A DNA stretch of 64,000 nt from Octopus sinensis (GCF_006345805.1 NC_042998.1:128712001-128776000), one strand, 5' to 3'; counted from the stretch's first letter, positions 13,291 to 25,927 are shown. Notes: a model not told the origin generated them from the sequence alone. Numbers and translations: made by a program.

Positions 13291-13720
13291 TACACACCAT
13301 TTGTCAACAGGCAAGATAAATTCTCTGTGACAAAATGCAGTGAGCAGTTTGAATGTGCATCAAGCATATTTGAACTGATAACAGTATTGCAATTTTACTT
13401 ATCACTGCTTAGCACTCCCCCTCCATAATTTACATATGGTGAACCATCGTATAGTGCTACTAGTCATTGTTTTGTGACTGGAAAAGCATATGAGAGGTAA
13501 TCTCTTAATTTAGCTTGTAGTGTTGGCTGCTTAGTGTCTGTGTCTGATGAGGAGATAACAACTCTGAAATGCTAGCATCTCACAGTCTAGATAGATGGCA
13601 CTGTGAGTTGATCTAGTACATACCATTTGTCAACAACCAAGATATATCCTCCATGACAAACCACAGTGAGCAGCTTGTTCCCCAGTTTGAACGTGCATTA
13701 AACATATTTGGACTGTAAAG
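13291..13720 (+). repeat. 326-bp-period diverged direct repeat enclosing a hammerhead motif
   Basis: tacacaccatttgtcaaca...catatttgaactg at 13291 recurs as tacataccatttgtcaaca...catatttggactg at 13617. Confidence 0.8.
13538..13585 (+). ncRNA. Type I hammerhead ribozyme motif
   Basis: ctgtgt-CTGATGA-ggag[ataacaa]ctct-GAAA-tgctagca-TC-tcacag. Core intact, palindromic stem III, AUC cleavage triplet, one U-U mismatch at the base of stem I. Confidence 0.8.
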
Positions 13721-13929
13721 AATAAAAAGTTTTGAATGGTACAACAATGCACTATAATACAAACAATGGGCTGTATACCTGTTTAGTCATCCATAGTCTG
13801 ATGATATTTCGGAATAAAATTCCTTCTTCAGATATTCTTAGATGGAGTCGCTGCTATAATCGGTTTTCCAACTGCTTTTCTTCTTTTATTTTTTTTTTGG
13901 AAGCATCTCAGCAGTGGACTCATGGACTG

Positions 13930-14180
13930 ATACTAACATTACAATTTTATGCAAAGAATATGCACAATATGAAAAAGAGCCTTGACTTGGTTATAACATT
14001 CTCAAAGGATGTAGAGTTAGAGTTTGGTCTGGATAAATGTTGTTACATAGTTGTGAAAGGAGGAAAACAGTAAACCAGACTAGCAACATCTCTGTCAATG
14101 ACCTGACAGTTTTCCCTATATCTGATGAGGATTGTTACAGGTATCTAGGGGTGGATGAAAACATATCTTACAATGGCACC
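13930..14180 (+). mobile_element. R4/Dong-like non-LTR retrotransposon RT fragment
   Basis: LQFYAKN...FSKDVELEFGLDKC...KGGK and CYRYLGVDENI, matching the RT motifs downstream of YxDD in endonuclease-at-C-terminus (RLE-type) LINEs. Confidence 0.7.
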
Positions 14181-15256
14181 TGGAACATAAAGCTAAATGC
14201 TCTATTCTTTCAATGTTCTGAGCTTAAAACTCTTCTAGTGTAGACTTTGTCCTTCATCTCTCAAAAGCTAATAAAATAATTATTTGTAATATATTAAACT
14301 TGATATAATCATATGTATCCATTTTATTGCAAAAACTGTGGTCAAATGTAATGGAAGATTGACTGCAAAGAGTTGGTAAAGATGAGTGAGATAACGAACA
14401 GTCAGATTCAAATTTCAACAACACTTATTCCTGTATTTTATGTTCAAAAGTTACCAATCAGTACTAAAAATCTAATATGGTTAATGATATTGTTTACATT
14501 TGCCTGTTTCCTGAAACATTTGGTCTTGTAGGAAATCTGTATTAGCTGACGCGACATAAGAGTCTCTCTACAGCTGCTTGACTTCTTAGAAGTAGCAGTC
14601 AAATATCATTTAAACCGCATGAAAATAAAAAGTGAATACATTGAATAATGTAGTCTTAGTTGTGTTGTACCTGAATAAAAGGTGGGCAGGTCATAGCTGG
14701 AAACACTTTTAGCAGAGGTCTGCTTCATCAGGAATTTATACATTGGGCTAAACAACAACAGCCACAACTTATACCACAATAAGCAATTATGTTTTGTAGG
14801 GCAGTAAAAGGTATGCATACCTCTAGAAAACTAAGTTTACAAACTGGTTTTAGTACATTACTGAAGTCAATTCATTTTATTTTTGCTTCAAATACCTTTA
14901 AGAAAGTAATGGGCTTTATATAGTTTCTTTCATCATGTCTTATAAATCTGTGGCACAAAAGTTTATAGGTGAAAAGTAGGTGAGAGAATAGTAGAAATGG
15001 TAAAGTTCTCGATTTACTCTTTTACTCTTCTACTTGTTTTAGTCATTTGACTGCGGCCATGCTAGAGCACCACCTTTTTAGTTGAGCAAATCGATCCCAG
15101 GACTTATTCTTTGAAAGCCTAGTACTTATTCTATCGGTCTCTTTTGCCAAACTGCTAAGTTAGGGGGTCATAAATACACCAGTATTGGTTGTCAAGTGAT
15201 GTTGGCGGGAACAAACACAGACACACAAACATACACACACACATACATACATATAT

Positions 15257-15288
<32 letters not shown>

Positions 15289-16254
15289 CAATAAGAAAAT
15301 GGAGGGGATCCATAAGTGGTTCATCAACTTTTAGACATTATATTATGTCAACTTATTTATGTCAGGCTTCTTTCAGTTTCCGTCTACCAAATCCACTCAC
15401 AAGGCTTTGTCGGCCTAAGGCTATAGTAGAAGATGCTTACCCAAGGTGCCCACACAGTGGGACTGAACCCAGAACCATGTAGTTGGTAAGCAAGCTACTT
15501 ACCACACAGTCACTTCTGATTAAGTGCATTTCTGTGATGAAATCTTGCAGAAAGGAAACAAAAAAATATATGTAATATAGTTTGGATTCCTGAATAAAGT
15601 TCTTCTGCATTGCCCTTTTGTATAACATGAAACCATATAACATTCAATGTTGTTTCTTCTGAATATGGAGCTGTAGACCAAATGAAACCAAATCATTATT
15701 ATTTGAAAAAAAGAGTAACTAGGATAGCAGAAACATTACAATGTCAGGCAAAATTCCTTATAGTTTTTAATTTCTTCCCTCAACATTCTCAGTTCAAATT
15801 TTGATATTGCTGCATCTATCCTTCATTTGTTTTTCTTTTTATGACAAACATCTATCAGCAATAGCTTCATTGGGGATTTGACTTCAAAGTTAAGCTTGTA
15901 GAGCAATTAATAGTTCACAGTATTTGAGTATGGAGTGTCAGTAAGATATGTCCTGGAAATGTACTGAGCTATTAATATTAGTATAGTTTATATCTCACCC
16001 TTAAAAAAATGTGTCCGAAATATACACTGAACAGCAAAAGAAACATGATGTTTTCAAATGTCATTTTTATATGGTAAATTCTGAAAATATATTTTGGTGA
16101 TGTAAGTGTAATATCATCTTCTGCTGCTAGTTAGATCATCTAGGTAACAAAAACTATCTAACATCTCTAGTGAACCTCTTGAGCATTTGAGAAAATACTA
16201 TTTTCCATGTGTCCTTGGGTTTATCGCTCCTCACATACAAAAACTACTTCCTTT

Positions 16255-16480
16255 GTGAATCTTCCTATAATTCCACTGCACCTCTTGTATATCAAGACCT
16301 TGCACTAGATACACCACATGGAATTCCTGCCTACACCTTTTTTATATATTGGGCAGGGCCATTTAACTGACAAGAAGAGAATCCTGTCTATTTTCTTGCT
16401 CACTACAACTTTGGTCTTTGCTAGGTTAACTTTAAGGCCCTTTGAATCCAGGTTTTACTTCCATGCCTGGAATTTTATTT
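16255..16480 (-). mobile_element. RTE RT fragment
   Basis: Minus strand reads KFQAWK*NLDSKGLKVNLAKTKV...KWPC...KKGVGRNS. Confidence 0.75.
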
Positions 16481-16494
16481 TCTAAGCAAAGAAC

Positions 16495-17225
16495 TCCCAG
16501 TGAGCCATGGACTAGAACAAGTAATAATCTGAGGGAGCTTGGTGCAGGATATATGCTAGGTGTGGCATCATTTTGATTCCTTCTAGTTCTTAGAGTTTAC
16601 TCCAGGTTGTTCAAGCAGTATGAGATCTTGCATTGTCTTACTGAAGTATTTGCTTTCTGTCAACCAATACCAGGTATTTTGCTTTGCAATGGCATCATCT
16701 GCAGCTGCTGTTTGGAGCACAAGTTGGCATTGATGGATTGATCATCTGTAATGAACTCATAACTCCACCAGATGCAGAGTGTTACCTGTGTTCGAAACAC
16801 CCCTGTTTGACGACATGTTCCAGAAGCTGGCTCTTGCATAACCACTGCTTATGCATATTAAGATTGCAAAAAAAAAAATGCAGCTGCTGTTTGGAGCACA
16901 AGTTGGCATTGATGGATTGATCATCTGTAATGAACTCATAACTCCACCAGATGCAGAGTGTTACCTGTGTTCGAAACACCCCTGTTTGACGACATGTTCC
17001 AGAAGCTGGCTCTTGCATAACCACTGCTTATGCATATTAAGATTGCAAAAAAAAAAATGCAGCTGCTGTTTGGAGCACAAGTTGGCATTGATGGATTGAT
17101 CATCTGTAATGAACTCATAACTCCACCAGATGCAGAGTGTTACCTGTGTTCGAAACACCCCTGTTTGACGACATGTTCCAGAAGCTGGCTCTTGCATAAC
17201 CACTGCTTATGCATATTAAGATTGA
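16495..17225 (-). pseudogene. Mariner (DD34D-type) transposase relic
   Basis: Minus-strand frames VTLCIWWSYEFITDDQSINANL, DNARSHTA and MPHLAY..QAPSDYYLF*SMAH, with stops and frameshifts. Confidence 0.8.
16700..17225. repeat. Three identical 179-bp tandem copies
   Basis: tgcagctgctgtttggagc...catattaagattg starts at 16700, 16879 and 17058. Copies are joined by an A run. Confidence 0.95.
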
Positions 17226-17454
17226 AAATAAAAAATGAAAAAAAAAATTTCCTTCTCATTCTGAACCATGGCTCACTTTCTGCAATCACTTTCTGTGCTC
17301 ACTTTTTGTGCTTCATCAATCAAGAGTAGATGGAAGCTTCAGTGAAGGATTTCTCCTCCTCAAAGGACAAGAACTAGTATCAGTGTGGGATCAAAGACCT
17401 AACAGAAGGGTGGCTTCAGGCAGTACAACACTGCCTCTCTACTTTGAATGCTAG

Positions 17455-17670
17455 GCTACTCAAGAATATCTACTTGCTTACTAATATATATTATGTTGAC
17501 AAAGCTCAAGACTATTTATCTGTTTACAAATATATACTATGTAATAACATTTCAAGACTGGCTACTTGCTTTTGGGTATATATTATAAAGACACAGCACA
17601 ACACTATCTATTTACAAATATATATTGTGTAGATACACTTCAAAGTTATCTACTAGCTTATAAATTAATG
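17455..17670. repeat. Degenerate ~43-bp minisatellite
   Basis: Recurring ctacttgctt..aatatatattatgt..aca..tcaaga motif, four to five times. Confidence 0.55.
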
Positions 17671-18143
17671 GCACAAATGTCATACTATTGCTTTTTCTCT
17701 TTTACACTTTTAGATGTGAGAGAGGAAGAAGGAGAGGGAAAGGAGGACTGTGTGAGAGAGAAAGAGAGAAAAGTGTATGCGTGATTGTATGAAAGAAGTG
17801 CGGAATGAATTATGTGCATGCATGAGAGGGAAATAGAGAAAAGGAGAGCAAGAGTGATAATGTGTGTATATACATATATGTGTGTATGTATATGTATATG
17901 TGCATGTTATCAAATGAATAAATAATTTAGTCCCTCCTTCCATGCCTACACATTATCTACACACATATATGTATATACACACGTTATGTACATGTCCATA
18001 TATATATATATAGTTCAGCAAAAATTTAGATTTAAATGAATATGGTTCTTAATTTAGATGCACCAGAATTTTGTATGGTGTTATCCATAAAAATCCGTGG
18101 GGTGATTATAATCAAAATAAGCAACAAGAATGACTCCGGTAAT

Positions 18144-18229
18144 TTGGTACGATCGTTTCATACTACATCATTTTATTAAATGTTGTAAGTATTACAACAG
18201 ATTTAAGATGCTGAGTACTCATCAGCCAA
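18144..18229 (-). ncRNA. Type I hammerhead ribozyme motif with extended stem II
   Basis: Minus strand: ttgg-CTGATGA-gtact..catc..ttaaat..tgttgtaa[tac]ttacaaca..tttaa..gatg..agtat-GAAA-cgatcg-TA-ccaa. All core positions canonical, GUA triplet. Lies in a segment bounded by (TA)n on both sides. Confidence 0.88.
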
Positions 18230-18347
18230 TTATAGAGGTTTTCCATTAATACAAAAATTTTCAAATCAAGTGGCAACATTATAGAGAAGGTAGATATACA
18301 GACAAAGAAGTGGATTTAAATTTTAAGAACATATGAGGTAGTGAAGT

Positions 18348-18389
<42 letters not shown>

Positions 18390-18849
18390 TAGTAATTGTA
18401 TGACAACAAAAGAATGAATGAGACCTCGATACTATGTAAATAGAGGAATTTATCTGTAAATATAATATGTGACAATTATTCAATTGCCATAATAAAACTC
18501 AGAGTTTTGGATGACCGTTAAATAAAGGGAGATTACCCAAATAGGGGGAAGGTAAAATTACTGGAAGAAGGTAAAACCACACTCATAGAATCAGTGTATA
18601 CGTGCATATACATACATACATACACATGTGTGCACACCCACGTGCATGTGCATATATGCATATACTCACTCACACTCATGCCAAACACATACATGCACAC
18701 CCACACACATATATATATGTATGCATCTATACATATGTAAACATACACACATACATACCCACATGTGTATATACCCATACACGCACAATTATGTTCATAT
18801 ACATGTCTCTATATGTACATGCACAAATATGCAAGGGTGAAATATAATG

Positions 18850-19865
18850 TACAGAAAAAATATATAAAGCAAAAAATATAGAAAAAATATTTATAAAAAT
18901 ATGTAAAAATATAAAAATATATATGTAAGAAATGAAATGCTTGTATATGGACACAGTATAAAAAGCAGGTTCTGTCTGTGATCTTGTGGGGACCAAAAAT
19001 GTAACAAATATTTAGCCATATATGGACATGAACCAAAAAGTTCAGTTCTTGAATTTAGACACGTAGCAGGGTCTAAACTGCTTTTCTAGATGAGCCATCT
19101 TTCCATATCACAAAGACTGCATCATAGACTCTACAACCACTAAGGACATAGTTTCATCAAAGAAATATGAGGAGAATTTCAAAGCCAGGTTCAACAATCA
19201 CACCTTGAGCTTCAGTCACTGGGAAAAAAGAAAAAAAACAACAAATTATCCAGTTATTTATGGTCCTTAAAAGAAAAAGGTGTCAACTATGACATTCATT
19301 GGAAGATCTTAGCCAAGTGTAAGCCTTACACCAACGACTCACAAGTGTAAGCCTTACACCCATGCTCACAAGATAAGGACATAATCTTCCACACTAGAAA
19401 GACTTTACTCTTCAGTGAGAACGTAGAGTGGGTCAAGACTACTGATAAAGAGGGGGCTTTCGATGTGAGCATGTCATATGTGATCTCATTATGATGGAGC
19501 AGGCATATGTGATCTCATTGGACTATTCCTACTCGATACAGTGGGCAAGACTTTTCCTGATGTATATTTTGCCATTTACAAAGATGATGCCCTAGCTTTA
19601 ACCACAAATACCAATGGACCAACACAAGATTGGTTTAGGAAAGACATTATCCAAATGATGAAAATATTTGATCTTAGCATAACTACAGATACCAACCTGG
19701 CAGTTGTCAATTTCCTAGATGTATCCTTAGATTTAAATAAGAATATTTACAAACCCTATAGGAAGCCCAACGAAAGACTTAGTTATATTAATGTAGGTTC
19801 CTGCCATCTTCCCAAAGTGTTTAAGAATTTAGTTAAAAACATTAGCAAATCACTTGGATTTATTG
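18850..19865. mobile_element. Scrambled Penelope-like element (GIY-YIG endonuclease and RT relics)
   Basis: Minus 18990-19120: CSLCDMERWLI..LNSRTELFGSCP..KYLL. Plus 19120-19345: FKARFNNH..LSSYLWSLKEKGVNYDIHWKILAKCKPY. Plus 19370-19865: FDVSM..YDGA.ICDLIGL..YKDD..VNFLDVSLDL..YKPYRKPN. Confidence 0.88.
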
Positions 19866-21331
19866 TAAAATAAGTGTCAGTTCATGTTCCAGTACTTAGC
19901 AGTTCAACAAATGGAGGTCATTAAAATAAGTAGCAGACAACAATATGTGCTGGATGAAGAAAAATCTTGAAGCCATTGTTCAGCATAACTGCTGTTCAAT
20001 GACTGGAACCACTAAAAAAATAAAAAATAAAAGAACAAAATCTGTGTCAGTTATGCTTTCTTTTAAGATTTAGGTCGGGACACTCTTACCTGAAAGGCAA
20101 CAAAATTAACAATCAGAGCAACACCCTCAACGCTATATGAAAGCTATTGCATATAACACTCAAATTTTTAGACAAGGCTGCCTTCTGTATGAAAAACAAA
20201 TAGCAAAGTTGGTTCTGATATACTAGATGTGGTGATCCAAGAAATTTTAATTAAAGGTTTTGCCCTTAGTGAGAATAAATAATCATCTCCTAATATAATA
20301 ATGAGCGTAGTGTTTTTATATATTTGTATATATACATATTTGTCCAGAATCAGGCCGGATGTGGGGGAGGAGAGAAAATAGTAATTCAGTGAAGGAGAAG
20401 TAGTGAGAATAATAGCTGTGACTGAGAGGGAGTGAGAGAAATAATAGCAATGAGAGAAAAGAAGGGGTAATAGATGAATAAGGAAGGAAGGGGTGAAAAA
20501 AGAAACAGCATTTCAACTCTCTGTGAGTATATGTGTGTGTGTACAAGGGAAGTATGTGAATGTTTGTATGTGGGATTATTATGAGCCTTATTTATAAAAT
20601 ACTACAATTAGCCATCATTATTGATGGCACGTGGTCAGCTAGTTATGCTAATAATCAGTTATATAATATTTGACAAATATGTATATATTGATATAGGCAC
20701 AGTGTTAAGAAGCTTGCTTTGCAACCGCATGGGTTCAGGTTCAGTCTCATTGCGTGGCACCTTGGGCACATGTCCTCTACTACAGCCCAAGACCAACCAA
20801 TAGCTTGTGAGTGAATTATGTTAGGGGAAACTGTATGGTAACTTGTCAAATATATATATACATGTGAGTGTGTGTGTTTGTATTTGTTCCCACTCCACTG
20901 TTTAACAACTGGTATTGGTTTGTTTACGCCCCTATTAATTTGTAAGTGTACATAAGGGTTTGTATATTACACTGTTAGTACTCATGTCACTTATTTAGTT
21001 TTCCTCATTCTACTTTTAGTTGTCAGGTTGCATAGAGTTGTGGAGTAGAGTGTGTTATTATTCACATTTTCTGTTGAGGATCAATCTATTTTCTATTGTG
21101 TGTGTGGACTTTGTAGTCTGTCTGAGTGTCATGTCTGTCTTATGCATTGATAAGATCCCAACATCTATGTTGTCACCTGAGCTTCTATGTTCTAATTTAG
21201 TATGCTGGTAAAGCATTGACTCCTGCCAATGTTGGCTTATTCACTCACCTATACTACATGCTGTCTCTTCAATGTGCGTCATTGTCCTGTTTCTGCAGTA
21301 CACACATACACACAATAAACAATTGATAGTG

Positions 21332-21867
21332 ACAGAGGCAATATTACTACCAAAAAAGGTAATATTTACCACCACTTAAAAGTGGATGTTGTGTTACAAC
21401 ATAAAGTACTGCAATAGTTAGCATGAGAGGTGCTCCCATATCAACTTGTGGTGCATATAGGTACTCTTGTTTATACCACTAGCAGGAGATAATCAACTGC
21501 CATCACAACTGTTGGGACTACCAGGTTATGTGATATTGGCCTTCCTTGGCCTGGTCAAAGGTAGATACCTGAAAGTTAGAAATAGCAGCGATTCCTCCAC
21601 TAGTAATATGCAGAGACTCTCAGTGCCTAATCAGACACTGGTGTCACAAGTAGCCAGTGGGCTTATTAAAAATTAATTAAAAGCAACAGAAGCCATATAA
21701 ATACCAAAAGGTAATATTTATCACCACTTAAAAGTGGATGTTGTATTAGAACACAGAATACTGTGATAGATACCATGAGAGAACCTCTTATATAGACTTG
21801 TAGTGCATACAAGCACTCTTGTTTATATCACTAGTGGGGTTAATCAACCATCATTGCTGTCACCAGG
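21332..21867. repeat. 354-bp-period diverged direct repeat
   Basis: taccaaaa(aa)ggtaatattta.caccacttaaaagtggatgttgt at 21348 and 21702, with similarity extending about 170 bp. Confidence 0.85.
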
Positions 21868-22211
21868 TGGTCAAACTGAAGTTAGTTCACTAAGAGCTGG
21901 AACAAATATAGGTTTTAAGTTTTGGCACAAGTCCAGTGATTTTAAGGGAGTGATAAATCAGTTATATTGAAAATGATAAAGGGTCCACACCAAACGGATG
22001 AAAGGCAAAGTCAATCCCAGCAACATAGACGTTGCAAAACATAATGATAAGAATACATAACTAGGGAGGCAAACTACGCCATGTAACATGTAAGTTGATA
22101 GATGAGGAAAAGGTAAGTGCCAGTGAGCAAAGACCAACAATAAGTAGGTATGGATTTCTAAGTAACATCATCATCATCATCACCGTTCAACATCCACTTT
22201 CCATGCTGGCA

Positions 22212-22488
22212 GTATAAATTACTTCTATCTTTAAATAATATTTAAGTGTAGTAAGCGTACTTAAGTTATAAAGTATAGGTTAAATAAATGCTTTGAGGTT
22301 AGAGATTAGGTTATAAGTATTTGAATCATATTAGACAACAGGGTTTATTAAACTTATTATCTGATATGCTTCGAATACTTATTACTTAATCTCTTAGCTC
22401 TAATCATTTATTAAACCTATACTTTGTAACTTAGTTAAGTATTTTCATCTCACATAAATATTATTTAAAGATAAGACTAATTTATACT
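22212..22488. repeat. ~275-bp imperfect foldback
   Basis: gtataaatta..tatctttaaataatattta..aagtataggtt..taagtatttgaa..catat pairs with atatgcttcgaatactta..aacctatacttt..taaatattatttaaagata..taatttatac. The left arm recurs at 23578-23705. Confidence 0.85.
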
Positions 22489-22779
22489 TTAATATTACCA
22501 GGAAATCCATATCTAATTATTGTTGCCACTACCCTCTGGCACTTACCGTTTCTTAGTCTATCAACTATCAGTGTATGATTTCCTAATCCCTTTGTCCTAT
22601 ATTGTCTACATTTGTATGTGTGTGAGTGGCTGTGTGGTAAGAAGCTAGCTTCCCAACTACATGGTTCTGGGTTCAGTTCCACTGCATGGCACCTTGGGCA
22701 AGTGTCTTCTACTATAGCCTTGGGCTGACCAAAGCCTTGTGAGTGAATTTGGTAGACGGAAACTAAAAGAAACCCATTG

Positions 22780-22814
<35 letters not shown>

Positions 22815-23044
22815 ATGTTTGTGTGTCTGTGTTTGTCCCTCCAACATCACTTGACAACCGATGTTGGGGTATTTACGTCCCCGTAAGTTAGCAGTTTGGC
22901 AAAAGAGACTGATAGAATAAGTACTAGGCTTACAAAGAATAAGTCCTGGGGTTAATTTGCTCGACTAAAGGCAGTGCTCCACCATGGCTGCAGTCAAATG
23001 AAGGAAACAAGTAAAGGAATAAAAGAATATATATATATATGTAA

Positions 23045-23377
23045 AAACCCTCTTTGGTCGTGAATAACCATGGGATTGCATCTAGAAAGTTACCATCCGA
23101 GACACAAATCCAAGCAGAGTTGTTTTTACAGAAGACCAGCAGCCACCCATGCATACCATCCTCCTCTCCCCACACCACTGATGTTACCCAAAGGAAAGGC
23201 AAAAGCTAATACAGCTTGGCACCTGTGATGTCGCAACTCATTTCTACAGGTGAGTGAACTGCAGCAATGTAAAATAAAATGTCTTGCTCAAGATCACAAT
23301 ACACAGTCTGATCCAAGAATCAAACTCACTACTTCATAATTGTAAGCCCAACACTCTAACCACTGAGCCATGTGCCT
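23045..23377 (-). mobile_element. tRNA-derived SINE with CORE-like ttgagcaagac block
   Basis: Minus-strand head ggcacatggctcagtggttagag...gagtttgattc. A second copy lies at 31500-31822. Confidence 0.85.
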
Positions 23378-23433
23378 ATATGTGTGTGTGTGTGTATCAA
23401 ACGAATAATAACATACGAAGGATACTTGCCAGC

Positions 23434-23516
23434 TCATTACAGCTGTTTCTTACATAACTTTTTTATAGAAAAATGAGAACATTACTCCATTATAAAAAGC
23501 TGTAAACACCAGATGA
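23434..23516 (-). ncRNA. Degenerate type I hammerhead with long stem II
   Basis: Minus strand: tcat-CTGGTGT (two core changes)-ttac..gctttttata...tataaaaaagtt..gtaa-GAAA-cagctg-TA-atga. Confidence 0.6.
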
Positions 23517-24049
23517 AAAGTAATTTTACAAACAAAAGAATATCCCAAGAATACAGCAGGGATGTAGCTAGAGTCCTCCATGCTGGCAGTAAAAATTACT
23601 TCTATCTTTAAATAATATTTAAGTGAAATAAGCTTACTTAAGTTACAGGGTATATGTTAAATAAATGCTGAGATGTAAGTTATAAGCATTTGAATCATAT
23701 TAGAGAGCAGGTTAACACTAGCCCACCTACTCCCATTTATGTTGCTGATATGCTTAATGTACAGAACTCTAACACCTGTGCTGGAAATCTTTACATTATA
23801 CCACCCACACTCAATGCTCTGGTGTCACTTTTTGAAAGCCAAATCTCTTATGTCAACACCCAGAACCAACAGTCTCTGACCCAGGACTCGGCAACTAATT
23901 TTAAGCATAATGCTATTGGTCATAGTAATATAAACCCCAGCAGCTACTATGCAAACACCAGTAACTCTCACGAGCTCGAACTATTACACAATAATAACAT
24001 TGGATCACGTACCCATAACAATAAATTTCAAGTGTTAGAAAATATTGGG

Positions 24050-24432
24050 CACAATTGTTAAGACTAAACATCTTGTCTGTTTTCTGGTTGATGCGTAGCA
24101 GAAAATGTGGTTTATAAATGTGATATTGTAATGGACACCAATACATATATTGGCTGCTCTGTAAATCTCAAGGGGTGCTTATGCAACCACTATTCATTTT
24201 TTAAATAAAGACATAGGGTTGGCAGGACATCGCGAGTCACAAAGATTTGGAAGCTCAAGAATGACAATATCAAATTTGATTTGAATTGGGTCATCATTAG
24301 GGTCACTAAACCATACTTAAACAGTAGATACGGGTGCAAACTTTGCTGCATAGAGCTATTTGAAATTTTAAGGAGACCTGATAATGAAAATCTACTAAAT
24401 AACAAACTAAACATTATGTGCTACCGGCATGT
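24050..24432 (+). pseudogene. PLE-type GIY-YIG endonuclease relic
   Basis: CVAENVVYKCDI..TYIGCS..NHYSFFK*..KIWKLKNDNIKFDLNWVII..KPY..CKLC..LLNNK..CYRH in one frame with a single internal stop. Confidence 0.88.
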
Positions 24433-25075
24433 GAAAGTGCATGGTTTAGTGGTTAAGGTGTTGCATTCATGATTGCAAGATCATGGTTCGATTTCCAGGC
24501 CAGGCATTGCATTGTGTTCTTGAGCAAGCACTTCATTTCACATTGCTCTGCGATCATTTCAACATCTGACATGTGACACTTGTTGCACCTGCACAGGTAA
24601 TGCCGATTTGATGGAGCGAGTGATCTTATATGCACACTAACATTTGATCACTATAAACAATGCATTTGTGTGGTTGTTTGGTAAGAAATTGTGAAACCCT
24701 CATACATCATCTAACATTGGGAGAGTCTGTCATATATATATATATATACATATATATACGTGTCGGTAGCACGTAAAAGCACCATCCGTTCGTGTTCGTT
24801 GTCAGCCTCGGCTGGCCCCCATGCCAGTGACACGTAAAAGCACCGTCCGTTCGTGGCCGTTCGCCAGCTCTGTCTGGCACCTGTGCAGGTGACACGTAAA
24901 AAACACCCACTACACTCGCGGAGTGGTTGGCGTTAGGAAGGGCATCCAGCCATAGAAACACTGCCAGATCTGACTGGGCCTGACGAAGCCTTCCAGCTTC
25001 ACAGACCCCAGTTGACCCGTCCAACCCATGCTAGCATGGAAAGCGGACGCTAAATGATGATGATGATGATGATGA
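24127..25075 (+). repeat. Left arm of ~950-bp inverted duplication
   Basis: Near-identical reverse complement of 28804-29745. Confidence 0.95.
24435..24730 (+). mobile_element. tRNA-derived SINE (same head and core as 23045-23377, different tail)
   Basis: gcatggtttagtggttaagg...ggttcgatttcc...gttcttgagcaag. Confidence 0.8.
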
Positions 25076-25088
25076 TATATATATATAT

Positions 25089-25203
<115 letters not shown>

Positions 25204-25228
25204 TATATATATATATATATATATTATA

Positions 25229-25610
25229 TCTCTATATAAACGGCAGTTTGTCTGTGCGTGTTTCTGTGTGTCTGTTTGCTTGTACCCTCACTCTGACCAC
25301 GGCTTTCAACTGATTCTGATGAAACTTGACACACACATAGCCCAATGTCATAATTCAAAACTAACGCAGCGAAAATTTTGAAAAGTTCCCCCAGTTCTGA
25401 AAAAAATCGATAAATTCGATATGGGGTCGAGAATAAAAAAAAACAAACCACAGACTGTCTAGGGGACGCACTCAACCTTTTTTTACTCTCAAAAAAAAAT
25501 TTACCATCATTTTTTTTCCATTTTTTTGCTATTTTTTGGCTATAACTCTCTAAAAATGCTTTATAGTTATTTCCCTTACAAACCTGAGCAACGCCGGGCG
25601 ATACTGCTAG
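25229..25610 (+). mobile_element. Short non-autonomous Helitron
   Basis: A|TC start. 3' hairpin cctgagcaacgccggg followed by CTAG|T. Inserted in (TA)n. Confidence 0.88.

Positions 25611-25927
<317 letters not shown>

Noticed and set aside
14125-14170. CTGATGA..GAAA resembling a hammerhead
   Set aside because: No consistent stems, and it lies within RT-coding sequence (ISDEDCYRYLG), so it is coincidental.
16700-17225. Regular repeats suggesting a CRISPR array (also 25928-27802 and 30200-30500)
   Set aside because: Units are fully repeated with no unique spacers, there are no cas genes, and the context is eukaryotic.
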